DNA of 29,094 nucleotides from Actinomycetota bacterium (GTDB lineage: Bacteria; Actinomycetota; Acidimicrobiia; Acidimicrobiales; Acidimicrobiaceae), in assembly GCA_027318945.1 (NCBI GenBank), contig DAHVOF010000085.1, forward strand, positions 1 through 29,094, given 5' to 3'. The translations under genes and the position numbers were made by a program. The notes under the pieces are model-generated. The model was not told the DNA's origin, searched no databases, and worked only from the letters and a program-made list of their open reading frames with translations. This document shows, piece by piece, positions 28,393-29,094 of this stretch (its first letter is position 1; every line of letters begins with the position of its first letter).

Positions 28393-29094
28393 CTAGGCGC
28401 TGTAGACCAGATTGATGTGCTTCAGTTCGGTGAACTCATTTAGCCCGTCCGTGCCGCGCGTACGCCCTACGCCGCTGTCCTTTGTCCCGCCCGACTCGAT
28501 TTCCGCGAAGGTCTCGTTGTAGGTATTTACCCAGACCGTTCCAGCTTGTATTCCCTGCGACATCCTCATCGCCGTGTCTAGCCGGTTGGTCCAGACCGCC
28601 CCTACGAGACCGTACTTCGAGTTGTTTGCCAGCTCCAGAGCCTCCTGCTCACTCGTAAAGGTCTGGATGCTCAAAACGGGACCGAACAGCTCCTCCTGGG
28701 CAAGCTCGGAGTCCGGCTTCACGTTGTCGAAGATGGTGGGAGCAATGAAGTGGCCCAACGCCATTCCGGCCCCGCTCAACTGGCTGCCTCCGATCACAAG
28801 GTCGGAATCCTTGGCTCCGCGATCGCAAGCCTCGAGCACAGACTCCATCTGGGATCCAGATATCATTGGACCCATCTGCGTCTTTGGATCGATTCCATTT
28901 CCAACGACGAGAGCCTCGACTCGGCTCTTTAGCGCCTCGACAACCGAGTCGTGAATCGATCTCTCGACAATCAGCCGTGACGCGCACATGCAGAACTGAC
29001 CGGCAAAGACATAGGCGTTTCGCACCAGAGAGGGAATCGCACGATCGAGATCCGCATCGGCGAACACAACAAATGGGGACTTGCCTCCCAGCTC
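28393..29094 (-). CDS. Aldehyde dehydrogenase (5' part outside the window)
   Basis: The frame at the window end reads ELGGKSP; then FAGQFC (catalytic Cys), EELFGPV, NNSKYGL, GGTKDSG.GR. Confidence 0.93.
   Translation of the reverse strand, partial: ELGGKSPFVVFADADLDRAIPSLVRNAYVFAGQFCMCASRLIVERSIHDSVVEALKSRVEALVVGNGIDPKTQMGPMISGSQMESVLEACDRGAKDSDLVIGGSQLSGAGMALGHFIAPTIFDNVKPDSELAQEELFGPVLSIQTFTSEQEALELANNSKYGLVGAVWTNRLDTAMRMSQGIQAGTVWVNTYNETFAEIESGGTKDSGVGRTRGTDGLNEFTELKHINLVYSA

Noticed and set aside
2724-28987. The many 60-190 aa ORFs overlapping called genes on the opposite strand or in other frames
   Set aside because: No motifs or RBS; expected shadows at this GC content.

Overview
Bacterial accessory region of moderate GC, with several long non-coding gaps and two decayed genes. 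Gene style (RBS use, a leaderless-type promoter, a Cys-paired propeller/IPT surface protein, an ArsR-type mer regulator) suggests an actinobacterium, possibly Acidimicrobiia-like; this is inference only. Left to right: (1) a large secreted repeat protein on the minus strand (<1-1864) that the ORF track misses; (2) two MFS transporters; (3) a decayed secreted YVTN/HYR protein followed by a 36-bp inverted-repeat element flanked by 7-bp direct repeats; (4) a 12-kb catabolic locus: a hotdog thioesterase, a GntR/FCD regulator, and a minus-strand run of family III CoA-transferase, enoyl-CoA hydratase, SDR, DUF35 Zn-ribbon/OB-fold, SCP2-type thiolase and a five-gene LIV-type ABC importer; (5) a minimal mercury module (CmtR-like ArsR regulator divergent from merA); (6) a MarR plus ABCB-type exporter operon; (7) an AAA_14/DUF4143 ATPase pseudogene; (8) a benzoylformate-decarboxylase-like ThDP enzyme downstream of a partial aldehyde dehydrogenase. 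The best candidate for an undescribed system is the catabolic locus. It resembles a benzylsuccinate (bbs)-type beta-oxidation module without the acyl-CoA dehydrogenase, and the same 20-bp palindrome (TTGTAT-N8-ATACAA) occurs at the GntR start and upstream of the operon. No rRNA, tRNA, CRISPR array or intact transposase/integrase was seen. Family calls come from motif recognition by eye, not database searches.
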